Shown in pieces: positions 42,462 to 52,959 of a stretch of DNA of 64,000 nt. The notes beneath the pieces are model-generated. The model worked only from the letters and a program-made list of their open reading frames with translations, had not been told where the DNA came from and searched no databases. The stretch covers positions 3,040,001 to 3,104,000 of the forward strand of contig OY762721.1 in NCBI GenBank assembly GCA_963666345.1, written 5' to 3'. Numbering within the stretch: position 1 is the stretch's first letter; every line of letters starts with the position of its first letter. This DNA is from Desulfatiglandales bacterium. GTDB lineage: Bacteria > Desulfobacterota > DSM-4660 > Desulfatiglandales > Desulfatiglandaceae. The translations under genes were made by a program, and so were the position numbers.

Positions 42462-42478
42462 ATGCATTTACCGTGCCG
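42462..42478 (-). promoter_or_regulatory. Candidate sigma-54 promoter
   Basis: CGGCACGGTAAATGCAT, GG-N10-GC spacing. Confidence 0.5.
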
Positions 42479-42891
42479 TTAGCGAGGTGTTTTAATTTTA
42501 CCAATAATTAATGCATGTTAGGCTTTGCAAGGAAATTCCGGTTTGTAATTTAATATGGAATATTAGAAAATCTTAGAGCTGTTTTTTGAAAAATTTCGAA
42601 ATGGCGAAGCCTTCCGCCTGTGATCTTTTCAAGACGGTGCCCGGAAATCAAGATCGTGAGTCATGATCGATTGCGCCTTGATCGGCAGGTGGATTTTGGT
42701 TTGCATATCTGTCTTGATAAGGTTGAACAATGCGGCTAATGTATTATAGTTAGAGTACATCCGGAAATACACCATTTCCGGATGTTGCTTTCAGCCGTCG
42801 GCTGTCAGCAAGGGGCCGACAAGATGATATTCCGAATGTTTTGCTGACTGCTGAGAGCTGATTGCCGATAGCGTGAGTCCATGAATTTGGT

Positions 42892-43130
42892 TCTTCTCCA
42901 ACTTGGTTGGCGAAGAGGGTCCAGGGACCCAAGGAGTCAAGGGTTTATTTTCTAAAGGCTTTATCAGCATTTTTAACAATTTATTGATCTCTGTCTGCCT
43001 TATGTTATTTGAGAATTTTTAATTTATTCTATATATCTGAAAAGCGTTCGTAGGATTTCCACAAAAGCTTTAAATCTTTGTAATGCTTTAGGGGGTTTAT
43101 CCGCCGTTTCAATGGAGCACTTGAATCCTA
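42892..43130 (-). mobile_element. Four-helix-bundle element copy C (heavily decayed)
   Basis: Hairpin TCTTCTCCAAC-TTG-GTTGGCGAAGA, octamers, remnant LKMLIKPLENKP and LKHYKDLK..WKSY. Confidence 0.7.
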
Positions 43131-43287
43131 CGAGCTCTCAGCCGCTTAAACAAGAAGGATTTCTTTATTTAGCCCTTTTTAACACCAACTGATCGGGAGA
43201 TGACCCATGAATTTTAATTTATGGACAAGCATTAGTCACACTGTCAAACAGACCGGTTTTTTTTACTGAAAAGGGGAGATCACGGAT

Positions 43288-44184
43288 ATGGAATGCGCCA
43301 CCTGCGACGATGGAATGCATTATGAAGGAAACTGCATAAGGCCGCCGAGTGAGGCCATGAGCATCCTGATTCAGGTAACTCTCGGCTGTTCCCATAACAA
43401 GTGCACCTTCTGCGGCACCTACAAGGACAAACGTTTCACCATAAAGGATGATCGCATAATAATGAGCGATATCCTTTTCGCCTCAAAATACATGAAAAGA
43501 CAGGACAGGGTATTCCTTATGGATGGTGATGCCCTGATAATACCGCAGAAAAGGCTGGTGTGGATACTGGAGAAAATAAGGGAGCATCTGCCCTGGGTAA
43601 AAAGGGTGGGGGCTTACGCGAATGCAAAGAGCATAAGGATGAAAAGCCTTGAAGAGCTTAATGAGTTAAAGGATCTGGGCCTCGGTATCCTTTACCTGGG
43701 GGTGGAAAGCGGAGACCCTGACACCCTTAAGGCAATATGCAAGGGCACCGGTGCCCAGAATCTCATAGACATGGGCAGAAAGGTTAAGCAGGCGGGAATG
43801 AAACTTTCCGTTACAGTGCTTCTGGGCATTGCAGGCAGGCAGCGTTCCCTTGAGCACGCCAGGGCCACCGGCGCCCTGCTGAGCCGTATGGACCCTGATT
43901 ACATAGGGGCACTGACCGTTATGCTGATACCGGGAACCCCTCTTTACGCGGATTTTAAAAGGGGAGCTTTTGAGCTTCCCACGGAAACGGAGCTGCTTCT
44001 GGAACTGAGAGAGATGATCGCCCACACAGATCTGACAAGGGGCCTGTTTTTTTCAAACCACGCCTCAAACTATCTTCCCGTGCGTGCCAGGCTGCCCAGA
44101 GGGAAACAGGACGCCCTTGATCTGATCGACAGGGCCTTGAAAGGGGAGGTGGGGCTGAAGCCTGAGTGGATGCGCGCCCTTTAG
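43288..44184 (+). CDS. Radical SAM protein
   Basis: IRPPSEA, GCSHNKCTFC, SNHASNY. Confidence 0.92.
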   Translation: MECATCDDGMHYEGNCIRPPSEAMSILIQVTLGCSHNKCTFCGTYKDKRFTIKDDRIIMSDILFASKYMKRQDRVFLMDGDALIIPQKRLVWILEKIREHLPWVKRVGAYANAKSIRMKSLEELNELKDLGLGILYLGVESGDPDTLKAICKGTGAQNLIDMGRKVKQAGMKLSVTVLLGIAGRQRSLEHARATGALLSRMDPDYIGALTVMLIPGTPLYADFKRGAFELPTETELLLELREMIAHTDLTRGLFFSNHASNYLPVRARLPRGKQDALDLIDRALKGEVGLKPEWMRAL

Positions 44185-44192
44185 GCCTTCTA

Positions 44193-44615
44193 TTACTTCC
44201 AGGCCCTTTCAAGGAGCGCGAATATGTCGCCCGGTATTTCAACCGCCCGGAAGCGCTGCGGGTCCGAGACATCCATGCATACCCTTTGCTCAAAGCCTTC
44301 CAGAAGTCTCAGGCCGCCTGCCGACTCAACGATTTCGTGCCTCAAAAGGATCCCCTTTTTTTCAAGTTTGTCGATCGAGGTGGTTATCCGGATCTCCTGG
44401 TGGTATTTCCCGGGCCTGAAATAACGGCATGAGGTTTCAGCCAGGCCGAACAGGATGTTCCTTTCCTTCCATAGATCTCCCATGGTGAGGTGAATGGATT
44501 CAAAAAAAAGATGGCCGCATGCGTCTATCCACTCATAGTAGCGGGGGTAGAAGACAATGCCGAGAGAGTCGAGATCTCCCCACATGATCCTTTTTTCAAC
44601 TGTGTTTGATTTCAT
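44193..44615 (-). CDS. Acyl-CoA thioesterase (4HBT family)
   Basis: WGDLDSLGIVFYPRYYEW. Confidence 0.9.
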   Translation of the reverse strand: MKSNTVEKRIMWGDLDSLGIVFYPRYYEWIDACGHLFFESIHLTMGDLWKERNILFGLAETSCRYFRPGKYHQEIRITTSIDKLEKKGILLRHEIVESAGGLRLLEGFEQRVCMDVSDPQRFRAVEIPGDIFALLERAWK

Positions 44616-44660
44616 TTATAAGGCCCTTTTTAAGCGATTGCCGGCAAGGCCGCCTCTTTT

Positions 44661-45380
44661 TCAGATGATCCTTTCCGGATGGCTGTAGCAGTTAAACCCG
44701 GCATCCCTGCAAAATCCGACGGTTGTTATCCCTGATTTTTCCCCCAGGGCAGCACCCCCCGAGGTAGCGGCTGATATGGATGCGACAATCGGTATCCCGG
44801 CAGTCACTGCCTTGGCGACCATATCCTCTGCCAGGCGACCCGAAACGGCAAGCCAGCAGCCGGACAGATCAATGCCGTTTAACAAGGCAGCGCCAATGCA
44901 TTTGTCCACTGAATTGTGCCTGGCAATGTCTTCGGACAGGCAGAGGGCCTTTCCTGATATGGAAAAGATTACAGCCGAATGGGTGCACCCGGATGTCTTA
45001 AATACCGGCATGTCTGCCAGCACCTTTATCCCCTCCAGTATGACCCCCGGTGCTATAAAGGGGCCTTCACCGCCATGGACGGCCTTTTTACCGGCATCTA
45101 ACAAATCTTCCGGGGCCGGATGGAACCTTTTGACTGAAACCAGTCCCTTGTCCATCTCAATGGTTTCAAGATCAGCCGGGCCTCTTATGAGACCCCTGGA
45201 AAAGAGCAGGCCTACGGTGAATTCCTTTATCTGGGCAGGGGATAAAACCGCCCTGCAGTAGGCATGTCCGTCCACCCGGATCGACAGGGCGTATTCAAGG
45301 GCGATCCTGTCTTGCCTTTCCTCCACCACGCCGGATGAGGAGAAGCGTTTAATGGGACACTCAATGGTCAATCCGCTCAT
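44661..45380 (-). CDS. fdhD: Formate dehydrogenase accessory protein FdhD
   Basis: SGCTHSA, EDIARHNSVDK, SGR..DMVAKA, YSHPERI. Confidence 0.9.
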   Translation of the reverse strand: MSGLTIECPIKRFSSSGVVEERQDRIALEYALSIRVDGHAYCRAVLSPAQIKEFTVGLLFSRGLIRGPADLETIEMDKGLVSVKRFHPAPEDLLDAGKKAVHGGEGPFIAPGVILEGIKVLADMPVFKTSGCTHSAVIFSISGKALCLSEDIARHNSVDKCIGAALLNGIDLSGCWLAVSGRLAEDMVAKAVTAGIPIVASISAATSGGAALGEKSGITTVGFCRDAGFNCYSHPERII

Positions 45381-45404
45381 AGGATGCTCCCCTGCTGCAC
45401 GGTT

Positions 45405-46379
45405 TCAGTCAAATATCGCCTGAACGAACCGCGCCGGATCAAAGGGCCTGAGATCTTCGACTCCTTCCCCGATTCCTATGTATTTTATGGGGATACCGAG
45501 TTGATGTGAAATGCCGACTACTATCCCTCCCTTTGCGGTTCCGTCAAGCTTGGTGAGAATTATGCCTGTGACTCCGATCGAGTTGTTGAACGTCTCTGCC
45601 TGTGAAATCGCGTTCTGGCCGGTAGTGGCGTCAAGCACGAGCCATATCTCGTGAGGCGCGCCCGGTATCTTCTTTGAAATCGTCCTCTGTATCTTCTGCA
45701 GCTCCTCCATCAGGTTGGTCCTGGTGTGGAGCCTTCCGGCCGTATCTATCAAGACCGTGTCCGTTTTTCTCGCAAGGGCGGCCGAAAGGCCGTCAAATAC
45801 CACGGCCGAAGGATCGGCGCCCGTGTCCTGCCTTATGACCTCAGCCCCGCTCCTTTCCCCCCAGATGCACAGCTGCTCGACCGCCGCGGCCCGGAATGTG
45901 TCGGCTGCAACCAGTATCACCTTTTGCCCGTCGGATATCATGCGCTTTGCCGACTTGCCTATGGTGGTTGTTTTTCCGACTCCGTTTACACCGATCACCA
46001 TTATTACCCTGGGTTCCCCTTGTAAAGGCTCGCATTGCTCCTGAGGATCAAGATGAAGGAATGAGACCATCTGCTCCCTGAGAGCCTTTTTCAGGGCCTC
46101 AGGGTCCTTGAGTTCCCTTCTGGCGATCTTTTCCTGAACCGTATCGATCAGTTTCTGAGTGGTAATGACTCCGATATCAGAGGTGAAAAGGATCTCTTCG
46201 ATGTCTTCGAGCAGGTCTTCTGTTATCTCCTTTTTACCGAGAAAAAGCCGGTCGAGCCTTCCGGCGATATTTTTCTTTGTCTTGAAAAGTCCTTCCTGCA
46301 GGGTTTTGAAAAGTCCCTTGCCGTTTTTATCCTGGCTCTCGGGTGTGTCTTTGTCTTTTTTTCTGAACAGCTTTATCAT
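45405..46379 (-). CDS. ftsY: Signal recognition particle receptor
   Basis: [35 protein letters not shown]. Confidence 0.97.
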   Translation of the reverse strand: MIKLFRKKDKDTPESQDKNGKGLFKTLQEGLFKTKKNIAGRLDRLFLGKKEITEDLLEDIEEILFTSDIGVITTQKLIDTVQEKIARRELKDPEALKKALREQMVSFLHLDPQEQCEPLQGEPRVIMVIGVNGVGKTTTIGKSAKRMISDGQKVILVAADTFRAAAVEQLCIWGERSGAEVIRQDTGADPSAVVFDGLSAALARKTDTVLIDTAGRLHTRTNLMEELQKIQRTISKKIPGAPHEIWLVLDATTGQNAISQAETFNNSIGVTGIILTKLDGTAKGGIVVGISHQLGIPIKYIGIGEGVEDLRPFDPARFVQAIFD

Positions 46380-47004
46380 TCCGTCCCTTTTTCTCCATGT
46401 TGAATTAGATAGTGCTGATCCGCAAACCCCCGCTTTTTTGCCGGTTCAGGGGAATCGGATGAAAATCAAGCCTTTAAAGGCGTAAAAATGCGTACCATGA
46501 AAAGACTCATTAGTCCAGTATCCTTTGTTCATGAACCGGGAACCGGCAATAGCTTGTAGAAATTGTGGGAGTAAGCAAATTGATATTATACAGGCAAAGC
46601 GGGCTGCCGGCCATTCGGAGGTATTGCGCCTCAGGACTCTTTTCTTCGACCTTCTCTATTTTTGACGGAGAAGTGACCGCATCCATGGGCTTCTGTAAGC
46701 TGCATCTAAACTGTTAGGGCAGCCTGGAGGGAAGCCCTGTATGCGGCCACTGCGTATTCCTGTGGTATTTTTTTGTGAGATAAGGCAGAAGAAAAGAGCC
46801 CAGAGGCGTTTGCTTGTGCACCTATACCCGTTGGTACAATAGAATGGGGAGGCTTGTGAATAAAGTGAACCGGGAACAGGCAATGAGCCTGTAAAGGTGT
46901 GGGAGTGAGTGAAGTGAAGGGAATGTGCCGCAGGCACCGGAGGTTCCGAGCGGTCAAACAATCAATAAAAAAACCGGTGCAGCCGAAAAGGTTATTTCCT
47001 GTTT

Positions 47005-48501
47005 TTAAGCCCGCATCCGTGCTGCTGCGGCCTTTTTTCGATCCATGATAAGGGGGACAGCTATTGTAAGGGCCGTCAACACGATCAGTGCCACGCATAG
47101 GGGACGGGTGAAAAGAATCCCCAGATTACCGTCGCCGAGGCTCATGGTCTCACGGAGCCGGTTCTCCATGATTTCACCCAGCACCACTCCCATTACCAGA
47201 TTCACCACAGGCCACTTGAGCCGGAGCAGGATGTATCCGAGCACCCCCATTACAATGGCCACTCCCGCGTCAAAGAGCCTTGTATTGACCGCGTATATGC
47301 CCACCACCGATATCACCATAATGGTCACGGCCAGGAGCCTGCTAGGGACCTTCACGATCATTGCAAATGGCCTGAGCCAGATTACAAGCATGACAAAGGC
47401 TGCGATATTTATGAGAAACATCGACCAGTAAAGGGAGTTTATCAGGACAGGTTCCTTTACAAGCAGCAGGGGGCCGGGGTAGATCCCGTTTATGGTAAAT
47501 ACTCCGAGTAATACCGCGCTTAAGGCATCCCCCGGGATTCCAAGGGTGAGAAGGGGGATCATGGCGCCCGCAGGCACGGCGTTGTTGCCGGCTTCAGAGG
47601 CGATGCAGCCCTCGGGGGTGCCTTTGCCGAAAAGATGCTTTTCCCTGGAAAGACGTTTTGCCGCGTCATAGGACATGAAAGAGGCAAGGATGGAGCCGGT
47701 TCCTGGAAGAAGGCCCACAAAGGTACCTATTACGCCTGAACGCAAAAGGGTCTTCCAGTAGCGAAGGGCTACCAGGAGTTTTGAAAAATCAAGGGTGCTG
47801 CGGCTCAGCTTCATCTCTTTTGATTGAAGTATTTCCCTCTCAACGAGAATAAGTGTCTGCCCTATACCGAACAGACCCAGGCATATGGGTACGATGTGCA
47901 ATCCGTTCTGCATAAAGAGGGTGCCGAAACAGAATCTTTCGCTCAATGTGGCTCCGTCTATTCCGACCGTGGAAAACCAGAAACCGAGGCCCAGAAGCAT
48001 GAGACCCTGGGCCAGTTTGTCCCTGAATGCCATCACCACAAGCACCACACCGAAAGTGGCAACCGCGAGGTACTCGGGAGGCCCGAAGCTTGCGGCAACA
48101 TGGGCAAGAATGGGGGCCAGAAAGACCAGGATTACAACACTTATTATGCCCCCGCCGAAGGAACCGAGCAGGGCCGCTGAAAGCGCGGTCTGGGCCTCTC
48201 CCCTCTGAGTGAGCGGATACCCGTCAAAGCTGGTAATCAGGGAAGAGGGAACCCCGGGTGTACGCATGAGCACGGCAGGAACGGCTCCTCCGAAATACCC
48301 CCCGCAGTAAACCCCCAGAAGAAGAGACATGGCCACCTCCGGGCTGAAGGCGAAGCTGAACGGCAGAAGTACAACCATGCCTACCATCGGGCCCAGGCCC
48401 GGAAGTATCCCAACCACAATGCCTACGAAGGTGCCGAAAACAAGCGCGACAAGATTACCTAAAGAAAAGGCCGAATAAAATCCCGCAATCAGATGTTCCA
48501 A
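47005..48501 (-). CDS. tctA: Tripartite tricarboxylate transporter permease
   Basis: GILPGLG, EAGNNA, PLLTLGIPG. Confidence 0.93.
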   Translation of the reverse strand: MEHLIAGFYSAFSLGNLVALVFGTFVGIVVGILPGLGPMVGMVVLLPFSFAFSPEVAMSLLLGVYCGGYFGGAVPAVLMRTPGVPSSLITSFDGYPLTQRGEAQTALSAALLGSFGGGIISVVILVFLAPILAHVAASFGPPEYLAVATFGVVLVVMAFRDKLAQGLMLLGLGFWFSTVGIDGATLSERFCFGTLFMQNGLHIVPICLGLFGIGQTLILVEREILQSKEMKLSRSTLDFSKLLVALRYWKTLLRSGVIGTFVGLLPGTGSILASFMSYDAAKRLSREKHLFGKGTPEGCIASEAGNNAVPAGAMIPLLTLGIPGDALSAVLLGVFTINGIYPGPLLLVKEPVLINSLYWSMFLINIAAFVMLVIWLRPFAMIVKVPSRLLAVTIMVISVVGIYAVNTRLFDAGVAIVMGVLGYILLRLKWPVVNLVMGVVLGEIMENRLRETMSLGDGNLGILFTRPLCVALIVLTALTIAVPLIMDRKKAAAARMRA

Positions 48502-48507
48502 TATAGT

Positions 48508-49002
48508 CTACCCCATGAACAGTTCCCAGAGTATAGGCGTAGGGAACCAGACATCCAGAAAATACTTGAATACCCCGTATAGAATAGCGGTTACAACTGT
48601 GGGTATTCCGAAAAGCTTGCCGGGCGAACGCTGCTCTACCAGCCACAGCCCGGTGAAAAGAAAGGCCCAGGTGGAAATCTCCAGGCCTATATAGACAAGT
48701 CCCGCCAGATAAAGCACGAGAAGTCCGAGGATACGCAGGCCCTGAAGGGGCTTACCCTGACCGTCAAGGTCCCAGGATGCACCGGCCTGCGGACGCACCA
48801 TACGCCAGATCGAAGGCAGTGCCGCTCCCAGCATCAGGGAAAGAATCAGAAGTGGAAAGATCAGAGGGCCTTTGTAAAAGGGATCCGGGCCGGTGGTGTC
48901 GACGTTCCATTTTATGGTTATTAAAAGGCCTAGGGCAAACAGGCCCAGCACCGTTCCGAAAAGATCATGTATCCTGCTGGATGAATTATACTTATCCGTC
49001 AA
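48508..49002 (-). CDS. tctB: Tripartite tricarboxylate transporter small subunit
   Basis: Several TMs, GPLIFP, FLDVWFP; position before tctA. Confidence 0.85.
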   Translation of the reverse strand: MTDKYNSSSRIHDLFGTVLGLFALGLLITIKWNVDTTGPDPFYKGPLIFPLLILSLMLGAALPSIWRMVRPQAGASWDLDGQGKPLQGLRILGLLVLYLAGLVYIGLEISTWAFLFTGLWLVEQRSPGKLFGIPTVVTAILYGVFKYFLDVWFPTPILWELFMG

Positions 49003-49065
49003 AATCGCTATTTCCTTTTGACCGGAGGGGGAAACCCCTCCGGTTTTATGGTTTCTACTTTAGGT

Positions 49066-49543
49066 CTTTCTCCCAACTAGTTGGGAGAAAGGGTCCAAGG
49101 ATTCAAGGATTCTAGGGTTTGCTTTCCAGGGATTTGATCAACGCTTTAAGCATTGTCTCGACATCCCCGATTTCCTCTCTTAATTCCTGAAGGCTCTCTT
49201 TTTTTAAATAACCTAAGTCACCTGATATCATGGCCTGGGTTTCCAGTTCACAGACTGAACCATATGCAATATAGAGAAATCTCACATACTCTATAGTCGT
49301 TTTCCTCCCATATCCTTCTGCAATATTCGATGGTATGGAAACAGCAGATCTTCTGATTTGGGAGGTCAAACCGTACCGCTCATCTTTTGGAAAACTTCTC
49401 GTTTCTTTATAGATATGTAAACAAAGCGCATACGATTTTTGCCAAACGTTTAACTCTCTATAATTTTTAAGCATTTCACTGGAACCCGCGAACCCTTGGC
49501 CCCTAGAATTTTTCTTTTGGATCAACTCTTTTGGAGATGATCC
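49066..49543 (-). mobile_element. Four-helix-bundle element copy A (intact), between tctC and tctB
   Basis: Starts right after tctC TAG with GGATCATCTCCAAAAGAGTTGATCC; ends in a 26-bp perfect palindrome at 49066-49091. Confidence 0.8.
49112..49474 (-). CDS. Four-helix-bundle protein (23S rRNA IVP-like family)
   Basis: YRELNVWQKS, FPKDERYGLTSQIRRSAVSIPSNIAEG, AYGSVCELETQ. Confidence 0.95.
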   Translation of the reverse strand: MLKNYRELNVWQKSYALCLHIYKETRSFPKDERYGLTSQIRRSAVSIPSNIAEGYGRKTTIEYVRFLYIAYGSVCELETQAMISGDLGYLKKESLQELREEIGDVETMLKALIKSLESKP

Positions 49544-50497
49544 CTACTTTATAATACCCAGTTCCTTCATGATCGCGCCGAAGTTGGCCAGCTCACTGTC
49601 CATCTGTTTGCGGGCCGCTTCCGGGCCTGTCGGGTGGGGGATAACTCCCACCTTTTTGATGACATCCTTTATATCATCCATTGCCATGACCTTGAAAAAG
49701 GTATCGCTGAGTTTCTTGGCTATATCATCAGGGGTTTCGGCCGGCACGAACGCACCGAACCAGATCGAGTAGGCGTCACCGAAGCCCTGTTCCGTAACGG
49801 TTTGCGCGTCCGGATAATTAGGGAGCCTGTCGGGAAGCATGCAGGCCAGGATCTTTATTTTTCCGGCTTCAATATAATCCTTCAGCGCGGGGGTGGAAAA
49901 GGTTATTACATCGGCATCACCCTTTACAACAAGCAGGGGGTTAAGTTTCTTATAGGCTGTTTCTTTCCATTTGAAGCCCCCGATCTTGGCCGCATTCATC
50001 GCGATAAGGGTTGGCACGGCCCCAAGTCCCCAGTGGGCGAGCTTCAATTCATGATCTTTTCCATATTCCGAGAGCTCTTTCAGGTTGCTGTAGGGGGCGT
50101 CCGCCCTGCAGGCCAGTGTGAAAGGGGAAGACCAGATAAGGCCCAGGGCCTTCAGGTCCTGATTTTTGTAGGGGGTCTTTCCCCTCAAGACCTGAGTGAT
50201 CATAGGGCCGATAGAGATAAGGCCCAGGGTATAGCCGTCCGGCCTGCTTTTGGCCAGTTCATTGGTCGCGAGGACCGCCCCTCCGCCCGGTTTGTTGACG
50301 ACCTTTACCGGCACACCCAGTTCCTTTGCCATATGCGGCGCCATGGCATTAGCCACCATGGTGGAAGGATCATTTCCCGCAGGCCATGGGATCATGATCT
50401 TTATCGGTTTTTTCGGCCAGTCCGCCGCTGCGGGACCTGCAAAGGACAGGCAGATAAAGGCTGCAAATACTGCTAAAGCTAACACACGTCTGGACAT
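49544..50497 (-). CDS. tctC: Tripartite tricarboxylate transporter substrate-binding protein
   Basis: WPKKPIKIMIPW, VVNKPGGG, PDGYTL. Confidence 0.92.
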   Translation of the reverse strand: MSRRVLALAVFAAFICLSFAGPAAADWPKKPIKIMIPWPAGNDPSTMVANAMAPHMAKELGVPVKVVNKPGGGAVLATNELAKSRPDGYTLGLISIGPMITQVLRGKTPYKNQDLKALGLIWSSPFTLACRADAPYSNLKELSEYGKDHELKLAHWGLGAVPTLIAMNAAKIGGFKWKETAYKKLNPLLVVKGDADVITFSTPALKDYIEAGKIKILACMLPDRLPNYPDAQTVTEQGFGDAYSIWFGAFVPAETPDDIAKKLSDTFFKVMAMDDIKDVIKKVGVIPHPTGPEAARKQMDSELANFGAIMKELGIIK

Positions 50498-50723
50498 AAA
50501 TTCCTCCTTTAAAATTGAGTTAAGCTGATTTGGTTATAACGCTTTCAATTTATTTCACAGTCATTTTATTATATTTAAAGGGGTCATACAATCAAAATTA
50601 AGAATTCCAAGGCAGTAAATTGTCAATAGGCGTTGAAAATTGACCCATCATCGGCGTCCAAAATTGACCCACCCCTGAGAAAAAAATATGGTTAAATAGT
50701 TGAGTAGTTGATCCCTTCTTTAT

Positions 50724-51455
50724 CTATGAAGCTGCGTGTTTCATTCTCCAGCTTTCGTTACCTGTTTCTATAATTTCACAATGATGAGTCAACCGATCAA
50801 GCATGGCCGTAGTCATTTTTTTATCTCCAAAGACTTGGGGCCATTCACCGAAGGTCAAGTTGGTGGTGATTACTATGGATGTCTGTTCGTAGAGTTTTGA
50901 TATAAGATGAAAGAGCAGTTGACTGCCGTTTTTGGAAAAAGGCAGATAACCCAGTTCATCGAGGACCACAAGATCAAATCGAAGTAGTCTTGCTGTGATT
51001 TTGCCGGCCAATCCAATCATTTTCTCCTGCTCAAGCTCATTTGCCAGATCCACCAGGTTATAAAACTTGCACTTCCTGCCATTCCTTATGGCCTGGGCCG
51101 CTATAGTTATGGCTAAATGGGTTTTGCCCGTACCGGTGCCACCTACAAAAATCAGGTTGATATGTTCGGCTATAAAATCACCCTGATAAATAGACCTAAT
51201 CTGGGCTTCATCAACACAGGCCCCGTTAAAATCAAAGCCATCGATATCTTTAAGGACAGGAAACCTGGCCTGTCCCATACGATATCGGATACTCCTTATA
51301 TATCTTTCGGCAGCTTCAGCCTTGAGCAGTTCCAGGATTACCTTTTCAGGCGTTGAATGGCTCTTGCGTCCATTGGAGACAACTTCATCATAAATGGACT
51401 GCATACCCCGCAACTTTAGTTTTTCCATCTGGTCCATGATATCATTGCGCAGCAT
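50724..51455 (-). CDS. istB: IS21 helper ATPase
   Basis: [24 protein letters not shown]. Confidence 0.96.
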   Translation of the reverse strand: MLRNDIMDQMEKLKLRGMQSIYDEVVSNGRKSHSTPEKVILELLKAEAAERYIRSIRYRMGQARFPVLKDIDGFDFNGACVDEAQIRSIYQGDFIAEHINLIFVGGTGTGKTHLAITIAAQAIRNGRKCKFYNLVDLANELEQEKMIGLAGKITARLLRFDLVVLDELGYLPFSKNGSQLLFHLISKLYEQTSIVITTNLTFGEWPQVFGDKKMTTAMLDRLTHHCEIIETGNESWRMKHAAS

Positions 51456-52959
51456 GGTATCCCTCCCTTACCAAACGTTCATAGCGGCGGCAGTCTGCTA
51501 TGGGCTCTTGCTTGAGAATCAGATGGGAGGGGATACCCAAATCAGGCGTGCAATCCTGATCCTGATCCCTGTTTAAAAGATTGAGAACCACCTCTTTACT
51601 TACGGCCCTTATCTTTAGGGCCTCCTTACAGGCTTTACTTACAGCCTCAAGTCCGTAGAAAGGAACAGCATTTAGAATGGCCACAAACTGACGGTCCCAG
51701 TCGGAAAAACGGTTTTGAAGCCCATTTAGGACGCCTTCGACAGGATCGGGAAGTTGCCAGTCTTTAAAGGGGGCTCCATTACGGAGAGCCCCGGGCTTAC
51801 GTTCAAGGACCGGGACATAATGCCAGGGATTAAAAATAGTCTTGTTCTTTCCAAAATGCCTATCATGCTCTCCTACGATACAACCGTTATTTACTATCAC
51901 TATCCGATCGGCATATACTCTCATATAGACCGCTTTACCCACCTGGCTGCAATTAACGCTGTATCGGTTCCGGTCATAGGTTACAAGTGAGCTGGGGGTA
52001 ACCCTGGCTGGACGTTGTGCATATCCATCAAAGAGAGGTGGTAGATTTATCAGATAGGGTCTCTCTTCACTGTAGACCTGCCAAACCGTCTTATCAGATA
52101 TTGTTGGATGCTTACGGGTCTTTGCCCAGGTGATGCATTGTTCTCTAAGCAGCTCGTTTAGGTGTGTGAAATCCCTGGCCTTGATTCGGGGAGTGAAAAA
52201 TCTCCTTCTGACCACACCTACCTGGTTTTCCACCTGACCCTTTTCCCAACCTGCAGCAGGGGTGCAGCTTACCGGTTCAAATAAATAATGGGAACACAGT
52301 TGGCTGAAGCGGCTGTTGAACTGTCTTTCCCTTCCTCCCAGGATCTTGTTAACCACTGTTTTGAGATTGTCATAGATGCCTTTACGGCAAACTCCCCCAA
52401 AAAACTCAAAGGCCCTGATATGGGCATCAAACACCATCTCCTGGGTTTCTCTGGGGTAGGCAATACAAAGGAAGTAGCGGCTGTGACATAACCTTATATG
52501 TGCAACCTTTGCCTTTACTCTGCTTCCGTCCAGATCTACCCACTCATGACTCCAGTCAAACTGAAAGGCTTCTGCAGGATCAAATACCAAAGGTATAAAT
52601 ACCTCCTTTGGCAAGCTCCTTTGATCCTGGCGCCATCTTTGAACATATCTCCGTACGCTGTCATAGCCACCTTCGTAGCCGTTGAGTTGCAGCTCTTCAA
52701 AAAGTATCTGGGCTGTCCTGCGCAGTTTTTTGGGCAGTTTCTCGTCTTCTTCCAGAAAGCCTTTCAGCATGTCTATAAACGGCCCCAGCTTGGGTCTTGG
52801 CTGGTTGCTTCGTTCGTACTGAAAAGATGTTTCTCCGCTCCTTATCGCCTTTTTTACTGTATTTTTGCTAAGGCGCAGATCCTTCGCTGTCTGACGTATG
52901 GATTTGCCATCTCTGAGAACAGCTAATCGTATCTTACGGATTGTTTCCACTGTGAGCAT
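51442..52959 (-). CDS. istA: IS21 transposase
   Basis: FQFDW, YDNLK, EKGQVE. Confidence 0.96.
   Translation of the reverse strand: MLTVETIRKIRLAVLRDGKSIRQTAKDLRLSKNTVKKAIRSGETSFQYERSNQPRPKLGPFIDMLKGFLEEDEKLPKKLRRTAQILFEELQLNGYEGGYDSVRRYVQRWRQDQRSLPKEVFIPLVFDPAEAFQFDWSHEWVDLDGSRVKAKVAHIRLCHSRYFLCIAYPRETQEMVFDAHIRAFEFFGGVCRKGIYDNLKTVVNKILGGRERQFNSRFSQLCSHYLFEPVSCTPAAGWEKGQVENQVGVVRRRFFTPRIKARDFTHLNELLREQCITWAKTRKHPTISDKTVWQVYSEERPYLINLPPLFDGYAQRPARVTPSSLVTYDRNRYSVNCSQVGKAVYMRVYADRIVIVNNGCIVGEHDRHFGKNKTIFNPWHYVPVLERKPGALRNGAPFKDWQLPDPVEGVLNGLQNRFSDWDRQFVAILNAVPFYGLEAVSKACKEALKIRAVSKEVVLNLLNRDQDQDCTPDLGIPSHLILKQEPIADCRRYERLVREGYHAAQ

Noticed and set aside
46672..46751. SRP RNA or 6S RNA beside ftsY
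   Set aside because: No helix-8 CAGG..GNRA..AGCA motif; too short and no central bubble for 6S
49112..49474. Diversity-generating retroelement (Avd-like gene)
   Set aside because: No reverse transcriptase and no TR/VR pair with adenine-specific differences; copies differ by general decay
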